From Candidatus Zixiibacteriota bacterium (GTDB taxonomy: Bacteria > RBG-13-66-14 > B26-G2 > WVWN01), in assembly GCA_050117845.1 (NCBI GenBank), contig JASFLY010000023.1, forward strand, positions 1 to 46,789: 46,789 nucleotides of DNA, read 5' to 3'. Below, in pieces: positions 10,299 to 20,027 of the stretch. How positions within the stretch are numbered: position 1 is the first letter of the stretch; each line of letters opens with the position of its first letter. The notes under the pieces were generated by a model, which was given only the letters and a program-made list of their open reading frames with translations, was not told the origin of the DNA and made no database searches. The translations under genes were made by a program, and so were the position numbers.

Positions 10299-12707
10299 TT
10301 ATGGATTCTCTTTTGCTACGTCGTTAACTTTACGTGTCGGGAGTTCCGGACGTACTTCAGTTATCATTAATAGGTCCGCGAACGGCTCTCCATCCTCGGT
10401 CCTTAATATATTCCCCTTTATTTCACCTACCATTTTTCCGTCGCTTCTCGCCGAAAATAATAAATCGTAGGCGGGGGCGCCATCGCCTCCCATGCGGCGA
10501 CGGAGTATAGCCATCCCGGTCGTGCGGATCTCTTCTGCTATGGACGTTAAGTCGGCCAGATTCTTCCCGATTATATCTTCCGGTTCATACCCGAACCATT
10601 CCCGGACCCGGCCGTTGACGTTCAGAACCGTGCCCTTGGCGTCCAGCACGAAAATAGCGTCGGAGGACAGCTCGAATATCGCCCGGTATTGTTCCCGGCT
10701 GGTGCGGAGTCTTTCCTCGGCTTGTTTACGGCCGGTAACGTCCTGGTGGGAACCGGCGGCTCGCAAAGGCCGGCCGTTCTCGTCCCGTTCCACGACTTTA
10801 CCTTTATCCAGAATCCACTTCCACCCGCCGTCTTTCGCCCGCATCCGATATTCCATTTCGTAATCCGGCGTTTCGCCCGCAAGGTGCTTTTTTATCACGC
10901 CGATCACGGCCTCTCGCTCGTCCGGGTGGAGTAAGCTCTCCCACGATTCGACGTGGGGACGGAGTTCTTCCACGGTATATCCTAACTGCGAAGCCCACCG
11001 CTCGTCGAATACCAGTTCCTCCGTTACGACGTTGCAATCCCACAGGCCGAGATTACCCGCTTCCGCCGCCAGTTTAAGCCGTTGTTCGCTTTCGCGTAAG
11101 GCCTCTTCGACCTGTCTACGCTCCGTTATATCTCGGGCGGAGACGAGTAAGCCCGTAACCTCCCCGGCCGCTCCTATTATCGGGGCCTTTGCAACTTGGA
11201 ACCACCGCTTCTCGCCGGCCGCGTCGGTGGCTTCTCGGTCCAGAATTGTTAACTTCCCCGAGGCCATAATCCCTACGTCGGATTCGCGGTAAATCTCCGC
11301 ATCGTCGCGCGCGAAGACGTCGAAATCCGTACAACCTATTAACTCGTGTTCTTGTCTCCCGGAGAATAAACAGAATGCCGGGTTTACGGCCTGATAGACG
11401 AGGTCCCGGTCTAAAAGGATAAGGAGGTCCGGCGTCACCGTAAACACCGTCCGTAAGCGATTCCTTTGTTCTTCCAGGTCTTTTTCGGCCCGTTTGCGTT
11501 CGGCGATTTCCCGCTCCAGGCCAACGTTGACTTTAATTAACTCGGCCGTGCGTTCTTCTACCAATTCTTCAAGGTGGTCCCGGTGCCGGCGCAATTCCTC
11601 CGCGGCTCTCTTCCGGGCGGTGATATCCCGAACTAAAACCACGAAACGGCATTCGGGATTGCGGTGGTCTCCCCGGGCCGCGATCGAAAGTTCGAACCAG
11701 CGGGCTCCTTCTTCGAATTCCAGCCGGTATTGTCCGCCGGAGTGGCGGCCGGTTTCTACGGCTTCGGCCAGGGCCTCTTGGGTCACGCGCGCGGCTTCGC
11801 GGGGGAGGAATTCTTCCGCTTCCCGGCCCAAAAAAAGCTCGGGCGTTGTATAGAGGCTCGACTCGTCTGGCGCCCTGTAATCGTGAATCCGGCCTTTACA
11901 ATCCACTTCGAAAAGGAGATCGGGTAACGCGTTCAACGTGGCCCTCAATCGTTCGTGGGCTTCTCGCCGCGCGGCCTCCGCTTGTTCGACCTCCGTAACG
12001 TCGCGGCTGACCCCCCGGATACCTACGAAACCGCCGTCCGGGCCGAAGGCGGGTTCCGCGTCGGTCTCCAGCCACCTTTGCGTACCGTCCCGATGCGTAA
12101 ACCGGCAACGGAATCCTTTTAAAACGGACCCGCGCTGTTTTACGGAGGCCAAGGAGCGTTCGAAATGCTCGACGTCCTCGCGCGCTACCGCGAACTCGGC
12201 GGGGGTGAAACCCGTGAAGTCATCCGGGAAATAACCTAGTATTTGATACGAACGGGGATTGGAGTATATGAATCGGCCTTCCGCGTCCGTTTCCCATATC
12301 CATACGGGGACTTGTTCGACGAGGCGTTGGTGCTTTTCCTCCGTTGAACGGAGGAGTTGTTGGATTCTCGCGAATTCCGTTTCTTTTACGCCCAACGGGA
12401 TGACGGCGTAACGATCGCTTCTCGTCCGGCTGCTCAGGTTAGAAAGCGCGGCGGGGAGTTCTTCGCTCCCTACTATGAGCGTTTGGATATCCGCGGGTTC
12501 TCGTTCTATAGATTCCGGGCGCGGTTGGGCTTCGAGCCAACGTTTGATGTCCGAAACGTTGGCGCGTACGCTCCCCCCGATCCTGAAAACCGGAAGCCCT
12601 TTGTTGCGAGCTTGGCGACGCGCCGTCGACACCGCACACCTCAGGTAGGCCGCTATCTGTTTCCAGCCTATTAGTACTTGCGGTTCCTTTTCTTCCATGT
12701 TTTCCAT
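10299..12707 (-). CDS. One-component regulator: N-terminal Xis-like HTH plus about five PAS/PAC domains, no kinase domain
   Basis: LIGWKQIAAYLRCAVSTARR HTH; repeated RDVT/RDIT/QDVT PAC ends; coiled coil HLEELVEERTAEL; no HisKA or HATPase motifs seen. Confidence 0.8.
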   Translation of the reverse strand: MENMEEKEPQVLIGWKQIAAYLRCAVSTARRQARNKGLPVFRIGGSVRANVSDIKRWLEAQPRPESIEREPADIQTLIVGSEELPAALSNLSSRTRSDRYAVIPLGVKETEFARIQQLLRSTEEKHQRLVEQVPVWIWETDAEGRFIYSNPRSYQILGYFPDDFTGFTPAEFAVAREDVEHFERSLASVKQRGSVLKGFRCRFTHRDGTQRWLETDAEPAFGPDGGFVGIRGVSRDVTEVEQAEAARREAHERLRATLNALPDLLFEVDCKGRIHDYRAPDESSLYTTPELFLGREAEEFLPREAARVTQEALAEAVETGRHSGGQYRLEFEEGARWFELSIAARGDHRNPECRFVVLVRDITARKRAAEELRRHRDHLEELVEERTAELIKVNVGLEREIAERKRAEKDLEEQRNRLRTVFTVTPDLLILLDRDLVYQAVNPAFCLFSGRQEHELIGCTDFDVFARDDAEIYRESDVGIMASGKLTILDREATDAAGEKRWFQVAKAPIIGAAGEVTGLLVSARDITERRQVEEALRESEQRLKLAAEAGNLGLWDCNVVTEELVFDERWASQLGYTVEELRPHVESWESLLHPDEREAVIGVIKKHLAGETPDYEMEYRMRAKDGGWKWILDKGKVVERDENGRPLRAAGSHQDVTGRKQAEERLRTSREQYRAIFELSSDAIFVLDAKGTVLNVNGRVREWFGYEPEDIIGKNLADLTSIAEEIRTTGMAILRRRMGGDGAPAYDLLFSARSDGKMVGEIKGNILRTEDGEPFADLLMITEVRPELPTRKVNDVAKENP

Positions 12708-12757
12708 ACCCCCGTTCGGGCTGAGACGTATAAAGGGAGACGTCTCCGTCTCCCCTT

Positions 12758-12831
12758 CGCGCCCGGCAGGATTCGAACCTGCGGCCGGCGGCTTAGAAGG
12801 CCGCTGCTCTGTCCGACTGAGCTACGGGCGC
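12758..12831 (-). tRNA. tRNA-Arg(TCT)
   Basis: GCGCCCG/CGGGCGC acceptor, GCGGC-CT-TCT-AA-GCCGC anticodon arm, GGTTCGAATCC. Confidence 0.95.
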
Positions 12832-12924
12832 CTTCTTTATTATAGCATATTCGTTCAGTACAAATATATAACGTAGACCCCAAGAATAACTCCCAACCGA
12901 TAGCCGTAGGGAGGGGTTTTAACC

Positions 12925-13239
12925 TTATCGCCTGTCCCTCCCGCGCTTTCGCGGGGATTTCCTCCCCTCGCGGCGATATCTTCCCAGGAACTCCGCCCAC
13001 AATAATAGGAACGCGAACGCGGCCAGGCATAGGGCCGCAAGGAGTACGGGCAACCACGACGGAGGCATACCGTCGTTATATTTGCCCGGGTTTTCTCCGT
13101 CGACCGGAATACGCGTCGACCCGGCGTTTCCGTCGGTCGTTTTCGCCGCCGTCGTTCCGGTTACGACCGGGGGCCGGGCCGCGGCAATCCCCTCCGCCGC
13201 AAGCACTCCGATTATTATAAAAACCAGTAATCGCTTCAA
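12925..13239 (-). CDS. Small exported, membrane-anchored hypothetical protein
   Basis: Signal peptide, T/G-rich linker, C-terminal TM and basic tail; abuts the upstream gene. Confidence 0.55.
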   Translation of the reverse strand: MKRLLVFIIIGVLAAEGIAAARPPVVTGTTAAKTTDGNAGSTRIPVDGENPGKYNDGMPPSWLPVLLAALCLAAFAFLLLWAEFLGRYRREGRKSPRKRGRDRR

Positions 13240-13243
13240 CTCG

Positions 13244-13870
13244 TTAAGCGTCCCCTGCTATTACATCTTCGAAATGTTTTTCGAATTCGCGGCTCCGTAT
13301 TTCCGTCGCCCGCTCGTAACGCGTTAATCGATCCTCCCATCCGGCTTCGACGCCGAACGCGATACGCGCGAAACCCAGGTTCTTTATGGCTTCGGCCAGT
13401 TCTTCCTTCTGGTCGGGACCGAAAACGTCCGCCGGGTCGCCCACCGCGACGGCGTTCGGCGGGATAAAGGCGCCAGCCGGGACGACCGTACCCGCGTGTA
13501 CGAAAGCGCCGACCGCGACCGCCGCTCCGGGCCGGACGACTGCTCCCTGCAAAACTGTCGCCCCCGTCGCTATGTAAGAACACCGTTCGACCGTACATCC
13601 AATGAGCGTCGCGTGGGGACTAACGAATACGTGGTCACCCAGTTTGACCGGGTACTCCCGGTCTCCGACCGCAGAGGCTCTTATTACCGCGTTCTCGCAG
13701 ATAATGGCACACTCGCCGATTTCTATGGCCGAACCCTCCGAACTGATCGCCGCGCCGAACATGACGCGCGAACGCGGGCCGATCTCCACTCGGCCCGCCA
13801 GGACCGCCGTCGGGGCGACGTACGCCGACGCGGCAACTTCCGGTTTCCATCCTCGATGTTCGATTTGCAA
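13244..13870 (-). CDS. Gamma-carbonic anhydrase / hexapeptide-repeat family protein
   Basis: AYVAPTAVLAGRVEIG and hexapeptide repeats; AGGAGG RBS before TTG; some canonical Zn His residues appear absent. Confidence 0.85.
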   Translation of the reverse strand: MQIEHRGWKPEVAASAYVAPTAVLAGRVEIGPRSRVMFGAAISSEGSAIEIGECAIICENAVIRASAVGDREYPVKLGDHVFVSPHATLIGCTVERCSYIATGATVLQGAVVRPGAAVAVGAFVHAGTVVPAGAFIPPNAVAVGDPADVFGPDQKEELAEAIKNLGFARIAFGVEAGWEDRLTRYERATEIRSREFEKHFEDVIAGDA

Positions 13871-13882
13871 TGTTTACCTCCT

Positions 13883-14347
13883 TTATCGGCTCCCGATATC
13901 TTCACCGTTCTTTAATCGTTCGACCTCGTCCAATAATTCAAGTAACCGTTCCCGGTCGGCCTCCGTCAGCGGCCCCCGCAATTCGACGAGATAGCGACCT
14001 CCCCGGAAGTATTTATTTTCGAGTTCCACTTTCCTTTTCGGCGTTAGCTGTCCGGTATCGCTTTTCGAAAGCGCTTCCTCTAACCGTTCCAGCCGCTCAC
14101 CCATAAGGGCGATTTCTTCCCGTAACGGCGTCTCTCCCGGCAATTCATCCACCGGCAATAGGAAGTGCGTCGGCGGTACGTCGAAATACAGCGCCAGCCT
14201 CCGCACGGTCCGCTCGTGAGGTTTTAACGTGCGCCCCTCGAGTAAATCCAGGACCGTTTGAATCGCGACGCCGGCGCCGTGGGCGATTTCGGAGGCCGAG
14301 ACGGCCCGCTCCGCCTTCAAGCGCCGTAGTTTTTCGGCGAGAGTCAT
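13883..14347 (-). CDS. XRE-family HTH transcriptional regulator
   Basis: LAEKLRRLK...SEIAHGAGV...RRLALYFDVP pattern, then a coiled coil. Confidence 0.8.
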   Translation of the reverse strand: MTLAEKLRRLKAERAVSASEIAHGAGVAIQTVLDLLEGRTLKPHERTVRRLALYFDVPPTHFLLPVDELPGETPLREEIALMGERLERLEEALSKSDTGQLTPKRKVELENKYFRGGRYLVELRGPLTEADRERLLELLDEVERLKNGEDIGSR

Positions 14348-14823
14348 TATTCCAAATCTCCCTCTTCGGCCCGGGCGTCGTACAGCTCAGCTCCGCAATC
14401 GCCGCACGTATCCTCGTACCAGGTAAAGCGCGCGCCACACGACGGGCATTTCCATCGCTCCTCTTGTTCCACCAGCCAGGCATCGGCCCCGCGTTCCCGG
14501 ATAGTATCCAGGTTTTTCAATACGGCCGAATGGTGGGCGTATTTATCGGCCTGAAACTCCCGAACGTACTCACACGGGTAGTCGCCGCAGTCGGAGCAAA
14601 ACGCCACGCCGCGTTCTTGTGCGCACGAACGCATCTCGCAGTCGAGGCAGAAAAAGGCGACGACGTCCGTTCGACACCCGCGGCAACTTAACTGTTCGGC
14701 GGTATAGGCCGCCGACTCGGCGTCCTCCCGAAGTTTTTCCACCTCGCCCCGTTCGGTAGCAACCAATTCCCAGCAGGCGCCGCAATATAAACCGCAATAC
14801 GCGCCGTATCCGATTCCCGCCAT
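14347..14823 (-). CDS. DUF3795-like cysteine-rich protein
   Basis: YCGLYCGAC, CRGCR, CEMRSCA, FCSDCGDYPC, WKCPSCG. Confidence 0.8.
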   Translation of the reverse strand: MAGIGYGAYCGLYCGACWELVATERGEVEKLREDAESAAYTAEQLSCRGCRTDVVAFFCLDCEMRSCAQERGVAFCSDCGDYPCEYVREFQADKYAHHSAVLKNLDTIRERGADAWLVEQEERWKCPSCGARFTWYEDTCGDCGAELYDARAEEGDLE

Positions 14824-15052
14824 TTCTCCTCCGCAGCTCTGATCTCGTTGCGATTTAAATATTAACCGGATTCGTTTTTAATCAGCCTTTTTCTCCCAAT
14901 ACCCCCCTTGACTTTTCTATTTTTAATGTTATAGAAGAAACAAGACGAAATTAGAATAAACTCGAGTAATATTAAGCATATTCGGGGCCGTGTTGTCAAG
15001 GGATATTTCTCTATTACTCAGGGGTAACGTTTAGCGTTAGGAGGGGACGTAC

Positions 15053-15364
15053 GTGGATGCGGAAAGGATGCACGCTATGCAGTGTCGCGAGGAGTACGCC
15101 CGGGGCGTGCGCGAATTCGCCCGGCACTTCGGCCGGGTGGCCGCGGCACTTATTATCGGCTTTATCCAGGGGTTGTTCGTTGCGTGGCTGGCGTGGGTGT
15201 TCTGGTTCGCCGCCGTAGAGACGTGGACCGTGCTGACGTCGCCGGCGTTTATAGCCGGGGCCGAGCTGATAGCGATCATAGGGGTAATGAGTATCTGGAA
15301 AATCTTCCGGCCCGGGCGCCCGGGCGAAAGGGGGAACGGTGAATACGGTCGAAGCGGGAACTAA
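15053..15364 (+). CDS. Small membrane protein (2 TM)
   Basis: GGAGGGG RBS, two hydrophobic segments. Confidence 0.55.
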   Translation: MDAERMHAMQCREEYARGVREFARHFGRVAAALIIGFIQGLFVAWLAWVFWFAAVETWTVLTSPAFIAGAELIAIIGVMSIWKIFRPGRPGERGNGEYGRSGN

Positions 15365-15545
15365 CGGGACGCTCGTCGGGTGGAAAGAGATAGCGGAATT
15401 TTTAGGGGTATCGGTTTCGACGGCCCGGCGCTGGACGCGGACGCTGGACGTCCCGGCCTATAGGCTGGCCGGCCAGGTCCGCGCCTCCAGCGTCGACCTC
15501 GATAAATGGGTCCGGGATCGTCGCCGGCGCGTGGGGGGACGGTAG
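15339..15545 (+). CDS. Stand-alone excisionase-like HTH protein
   Basis: LVGWKEIAEFLGVSVSTARRW...DLDKWV. Confidence 0.75.
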   Translation: MNTVEAGTNGTLVGWKEIAEFLGVSVSTARRWTRTLDVPAYRLAGQVRASSVDLDKWVRDRRRRVGGR

Positions 15546-15555
15546 GTCTTTAGGA

Positions 15556-16008
15556 TTAACGATCATCCTCGTAACCGGTAAGGTTATCTAATATTCTCCG
15601 TAAATAACCCTCGAAGCGGTCACGCTCTTCCTCGCCGAGGCCGCGGTAGAACAACGCCGTCATCTCCTGGGAGACGGCGTTGTATGCTTTTCTAAGCGCC
15701 CGGTCCTTGGCGGTAAGGTTAATTAAAACCTCCCTCCGGTCGGTTTCCGCCGGCGTTCGACGGACGAAGCCGCTCGCCTCCAGGCGGTCGAGCATGGCGG
15801 TTAACGTCGACTTAGCGAGCTTGGTCCGGGTCCCCAGTTCCTGGATGGATATGCCGTCCCGTCGCCACAGAGCGAATAGGATACGCCCTTGCGGCGGGTT
15901 TATTTGGTCCAGGCCATGCTCTTTCAGTTTGCGGGCGAGTATGCGTTCGCCTATCTGGTGTATCTGGGCGATCAGGTAACCGGCCTCGCGCCGTGGCCCC
16001 GACGTCAT
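15556..16008 (-). CDS. MarR-family regulator
   Basis: QGRILFALW, STLTAMLDRLEASGFVRR, DRREVLINLT; ATG 16008 overlaps the upstream stop (ATGA). Confidence 0.9.
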   Translation of the reverse strand: MTSGPRREAGYLIAQIHQIGERILARKLKEHGLDQINPPQGRILFALWRRDGISIQELGTRTKLAKSTLTAMLDRLEASGFVRRTPAETDRREVLINLTAKDRALRKAYNAVSQEMTALFYRGLGEEERDRFEGYLRRILDNLTGYEDDR

Positions 16009-16478
16009 TCGCCCTCCGCCAACTCTAGCGTCGTAATCTGTAGGCCGTGGTAATAAGTGGCCCGGGTTGGTCGCAACCGGAGGACCGTGTAGTCCGGGTC
16101 CTCGAACCCCCCCGGATAATACTTCGTCCACCAGTCGTACCACAGCGCCCGTTTCACCGCGGCGTCTTCTACTATCTCCAACGTCCCCGGGAGCATTAGA
16201 CCCCGATACTCCTTGGGGTCGCAGTAGTACACGCACGCCTTCGCGTTGGCGCGAACGTGCGCCGCCTTATTCGAAGACGCGTTGGTCCCGAAGAAGACGA
16301 AGAAATCCTCGGCATACGGCCCGAGGAAATCGTGCAACTCAGGCCATTGTTCCTTGTTGTGTAAATTGAACATCGCCCGCGTGTGGGGGAATCCGGCCGC
16401 GTCTACGGTAGACAAATAGGCCGGCTCGGCCGTCTCTATGAGCTCGACCATTTCCTCCCGACTATGTTTCTCCGCCAC
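16005..16478 (-). CDS. Pyridoxamine 5'-phosphate oxidase-like / general stress protein
   Basis: LSTVDAAGFPHTRAM, TNASSNK, YYPGGFEDPDYTVLR. Confidence 0.85.
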   Translation of the reverse strand: MAEKHSREEMVELIETAEPAYLSTVDAAGFPHTRAMFNLHNKEQWPELHDFLGPYAEDFFVFFGTNASSNKAAHVRANAKACVYYCDPKEYRGLMLPGTLEIVEDAAVKRALWYDWWTKYYPGGFEDPDYTVLRLRPTRATYYHGLQITTLELAEGE

Positions 16479-16511
16479 GACGAACCTCCTTGGGTAAAGT
16501 TTTATATAGTA

Positions 16512-16529
16512 TAGTACTATATAGAACTA
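16512..16529. promoter_or_regulatory. Palindromic operator, plausibly for the MarR regulator
   Basis: TAGTACTATATAGAACTA is an 18-bp inverted repeat with one mismatched pair, upstream of the PNPOx-marR operon. Confidence 0.5.
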
Positions 16530-16560
16530 ATTGCAAGAGAATAAACTCTTCCCGGAGGTG

Positions 16561-16589
16561 TTGACGCGGGCCGGTTTCCGTTCCATAAT
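16561..16589 (+). promoter_or_regulatory. Putative sigma70 promoter of the DUF302 gene
   Basis: TTGACG-N17-CATAAT. Confidence 0.55.
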
Positions 16590-16637
16590 ATGTAAGAGAA
16601 TTCGTAAGGAATCACCGCCGCGGAAAAGGAGGCTGTC

Positions 16638-17024
16638 GTGAGTTATTATTTCGCGAAGACGTTGGATGTCCCTTTCGACGAAGCCGAAACCCGGATCCGG
16701 GAAGCGCTCGGCCGGGAAGGGTTCGGCGTTCTGACCGAGATAGACGTCCGGACGACGCTGAAAAAGAAGCTTGACGTCGACTTCCGGCCTTATAAAATAC
16801 TGGGGGCGTGCCACCCCTCTTCGGCGTACGCCGCCTTGCAAACCGAGGATAAGATAGGCTTAATGCTGCCGTGCAACGTTATCGTCCAGGAGCTTGCGGT
16901 CGGAGGGGTGGAAGTCGCCGCTATCGACCCGCTGGCGTCCATGGCCGCGGTCGAAAACCCCTCGCTCGCCGAAGTAGGCGAGGGTGTCCGGGAAAAACTC
17001 CGGGCAGTCATCGAAGGGGTATAG
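16638..17024 (+). CDS. DUF302 family protein
   Basis: EGFGVLTEIDV, YKILGACHP, IGLMLPCNVIV. Confidence 0.9.
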   Translation: MSYYFAKTLDVPFDEAETRIREALGREGFGVLTEIDVRTTLKKKLDVDFRPYKILGACHPSSAYAALQTEDKIGLMLPCNVIVQELAVGGVEVAAIDPLASMAAVENPSLAEVGEGVREKLRAVIEGV

Positions 17025-17092
17025 CGTTAGTCTTTCACGTAATCCGAGCGTACCCGATTTGAAGCTACCGGCCTATGTCCCTTTGTGCCGGG

Positions 17093-17746
17093 TTACTCCT
17101 GAACCGGAATCGGGTCGGGATAAGTGAAGTTCAAGAAGCAAATCGCCGCGAGCGCCATACCGTAGTTTTTTGTAATATAGGTGACGGCGATATCGTATTC
17201 CCGTTCCCCGGTTTGCTTAAGGCCCCGGATTTGGAGGATATGGTCCAGCGATTTATCGAGTTGGGCTTGCGCGTTTTTCCGGGCCGTGGCATCGTCGATT
17301 TCCGAGTTGTAAACGTACTCGTATTCCGCGGCGTATCCCCCGACGGGCTTGCCCCCGGCGTCGACCGCCCAAACGCGACCGACGCCGGCTACGGCGGTAT
17401 CTCCATTGACCCCACCGGCCTTGGCCATGATGGTCTCGAGAACGGCGCCGTGGTGGAAATAACTCTTTAGTTTATCCGTCAGGGGTACCTCGTACGATTC
17501 GGGCGGGAGGACCGACGTGTAATACACGACGTTGAAGTCTTTAATACTCGCCGCGTCGAGCGCCAGGTCATAGGAGAAAGTTTCGTACGGGTCGGGGGGT
17601 ATCCCGTCGTCGGATTGGCCGGTCCCGGTTGTAGTAAAATAAGCCATGGGGATACGCGGGCCGGAGCCCGTTTCGGCCACAGCCACGGAGGCTAACAGGA
17701 CACCTACCGATAACATCGTAATGCATACGTTTTTTAAATAGTTCAT
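17093..17746 (-). CDS. Pyruvoyl-dependent arginine decarboxylase with N-terminal signal peptide
   Basis: ETFSYDLAL, FNVVYYTSVLP (Thr-Ser self-cleavage site), HGAVLETIMA, GGYAAEY. Confidence 0.85.
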   Translation of the reverse strand: MNYLKNVCITMLSVGVLLASVAVAETGSGPRIPMAYFTTTGTGQSDDGIPPDPYETFSYDLALDAASIKDFNVVYYTSVLPPESYEVPLTDKLKSYFHHGAVLETIMAKAGGVNGDTAVAGVGRVWAVDAGGKPVGGYAAEYEYVYNSEIDDATARKNAQAQLDKSLDHILQIRGLKQTGEREYDIAVTYITKNYGMALAAICFLNFTYPDPIPVQE

Positions 17747-17956
17747 TTCTACTCCTTCCTATTCAATTATAAGGTACGGATTATACGTTTGTCCCAACGC
17801 GACATTTAGTATACATAATAATCGGCCGGCGGGCTACAACCGATATCGTTGCGGCGTTATTACTAAATACGCTTTTCGGGGTCCGCCGGATTTTGTTATA
17901 CTCATCAAGCGAAAGTATAGCTACTAACTAATCGCATCCCTACCTGGAGGTAGCCG

Positions 17957-18415
17957 ATGGACCTCTCCGAACTTACTTATTGCGGCTTGTATTGTGCGAT
18001 GTGCGCGTCGCGACGTCGCATCCCGGCGCAGGCGGAAGCGCTTCGGAATTCGTTGGTAAAGGAAGGTTACGATTTATTCGGCAAGGAAATCCCCACGTTG
18101 GCGGAGGGCTGGGATCACTTCCGGGCCGTACTCGACCACCTCGCGGCGAATCCTTGCCCCGGCTGCCGGGCGGGCGGCGGGTATCCGGCATGTGAGATTC
18201 GGACCTGTGTTCGCGATCGAGGAATAACGACTTGTGCGGAATGTGAGGAGTGGCCTTGTAACAAGTCGGCCTTCCTTGTCCGCTATGTGAACCTCCGTGG
18301 CGATGTCGAGCGTTTACGGGAAATTGGCCTCGAGCGTTGGATCGCCGAACAGGAGGAACGCGCCGCGACCGGTTTCTGTTACGCGGATATCCGCCACCCC
18401 GCCGACGGAAGTTAA
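17957..18415 (+). CDS. DUF3795-like cysteine-rich protein
   Basis: YCGLYCAMC, CPGCR, CEIRTC, CAECEEWPC. Confidence 0.8.
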   Translation: MDLSELTYCGLYCAMCASRRRIPAQAEALRNSLVKEGYDLFGKEIPTLAEGWDHFRAVLDHLAANPCPGCRAGGGYPACEIRTCVRDRGITTCAECEEWPCNKSAFLVRYVNLRGDVERLREIGLERWIAEQEERAATGFCYADIRHPADGS

Positions 18416-18469
18416 ATCCGGGCGGCAAGACGACGCCCGGCTATTCGCCCGGCGAAAGGAGTGAGGTTT

Positions 18470-18808
18470 ATGTCCAACGAACCGGTCTTCGCGGATATGA
18501 TTACCGGTTTACCCGAGGCCGACGTACCTATCCCCGGCGTCCGGGCGTATCTCTTCCAGGGGGAAGATAAGCAACTCGTCTTCATGGAATTCACCGAGGA
18601 TGTCGACGTCCCCGAACATTCCCACGCCGCTCAGTGGGGCGCGGTTCTGAAAGGGGAGATAACGTTAACTATTGGCGGCGAGACGAAAACGTACCGCCCC
18701 GGCGATGCGTACTGCGTTCCTGCCGACGTCCCACACCGTGCCCGTATCGCTGCCGGGTCCTGCCTGCAGGATATGTTCGACCAGCCGGATCGGTACCAAT
18801 CCAAGTAG
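18470..18808 (+). CDS. Cupin domain protein
   Basis: PEHSH...QWGAVLKG, PGDAYCVPADVPH. Confidence 0.85.
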   Translation: MSNEPVFADMITGLPEADVPIPGVRAYLFQGEDKQLVFMEFTEDVDVPEHSHAAQWGAVLKGEITLTIGGETKTYRPGDAYCVPADVPHRARIAAGSCLQDMFDQPDRYQSK

Positions 18809-19487
18809 AGGAGATCGGATGTTCACCGGGTTTTACCCCGGCCGCCGCAGTTGCCGTCCTCACCGCCACGAGGGACGGAGGTTCCCGGGGCCTCGACCGG
18901 ATGTGTGGGTACCGGGTTTCCTCGGGACCTAATCGCGGGTATAACTACGGGAGGCCGGTTAGGGACGGGGTTTTACTATTAGTGGAGTAAGTTCGTTTAC
19001 AAGGACGTCGTTGTTTAATGAGGTCGCGCCGGGAACGGTGGCGGCCTTTAGTATGTCCAGTGCCGACGGTTCATGGGCTTTCGTCCCGTCTGCCGGCTAG
19101 ACGTTCTCCTTCGCGAAAGGCGGTTGCACCTCGTACCGTTCGTATAGTTAATACGGCCGTAACACGTAACGTAGCAGGGGCGTGGCGTTTCGGGAGGGGG
19201 GCGAAGCGGTACGATGACAGTCGTTGTCCAAGCAAAGTCGGCAAGCGGATATTAGCGGCAAGGGGGCAACGCCAATGCCAGGAATTGTCATATACGACGG
19301 GTAGGATTCCGAGCGGAGGCTGACGTAGAACGTTGGGTGGAGACCCGTGCCGAACGTTATTAGTATCACGGGCTGTTAAGTTGACGTAACAAGCCGGTTT
19401 AGGCGGGAAGAAATTAGGCAACGTTTAAAGATTAGTTGAGACCGGACGCGTGCCGGCCGTCGTTAACGTTCTACTGCGAAAGGAGAT

Positions 19488-20027
19488 TTGTCCGTGAGGA
19501 AAACTTTACTGGTGTGCGCAGCGTTATTGGTGACGGTGGCGGTTGTCGGGGGAGCCGATGCCGCCGGGCATAGAAACTTCGTCTCGGCCACCGGAGGTGT
19601 GAACACTATATGGGACCCTATAGCCGACGCGATATTAACGGTTCTTGAACACGAGTCCACGGCCGGTTACGGTGGGTCCTTGGGATTCGGGACACGGTTG
19701 GGCCATGAGTCACATTTCGTCCTTCACGGGTGTTACGCTTACGATCAACTGCGGTTCGACGATGAAGAATCGGGTACGGACAGCGCTTCTCTCCACCAGG
19801 TGCGCGCGAATATCCGTTACTATATCGGTTCCGTTAGCGAAGGTCCCGCCGTTTACGTAGGGCTTGGGCCGGCGGTGATGTTCAGCGAGGATGACGTAGG
19901 TTTCAACGCTAACCTGAGCCTCGGCGGCGATTTCCCCGTCAGCGACGGCTGGTCGATTTTAGCCGATGGTACACTCGACCTCGCCGTGGCATATGGCCAC
20001 GTTGGATTGGCCTACTGGTTCGATTAA
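19488..20027 (+). CDS. Small outer-membrane beta-barrel protein
   Basis: Signal peptide, alternating beta strands, C-terminal GLAYWF; AGGAG RBS before TTG. Confidence 0.7.
   Translation: MSVRKTLLVCAALLVTVAVVGGADAAGHRNFVSATGGVNTIWDPIADAILTVLEHESTAGYGGSLGFGTRLGHESHFVLHGCYAYDQLRFDDEESGTDSASLHQVRANIRYYIGSVSEGPAVYVGLGPAVMFSEDDVGFNANLSLGGDFPVSDGWSILADGTLDLAVAYGHVGLAYWFD

Noticed and set aside
12758..12831. tRNA-Arg(TCT) or the other tRNAs as a prophage attachment site
   Set aside because: No integrase and no duplicated tRNA 3' end noticed in the window.
19050..19130. GGGACGAAAGCC on the minus strand resembling a c-di-GMP riboswitch or hammerhead core
   Set aside because: The other required conserved elements are missing.
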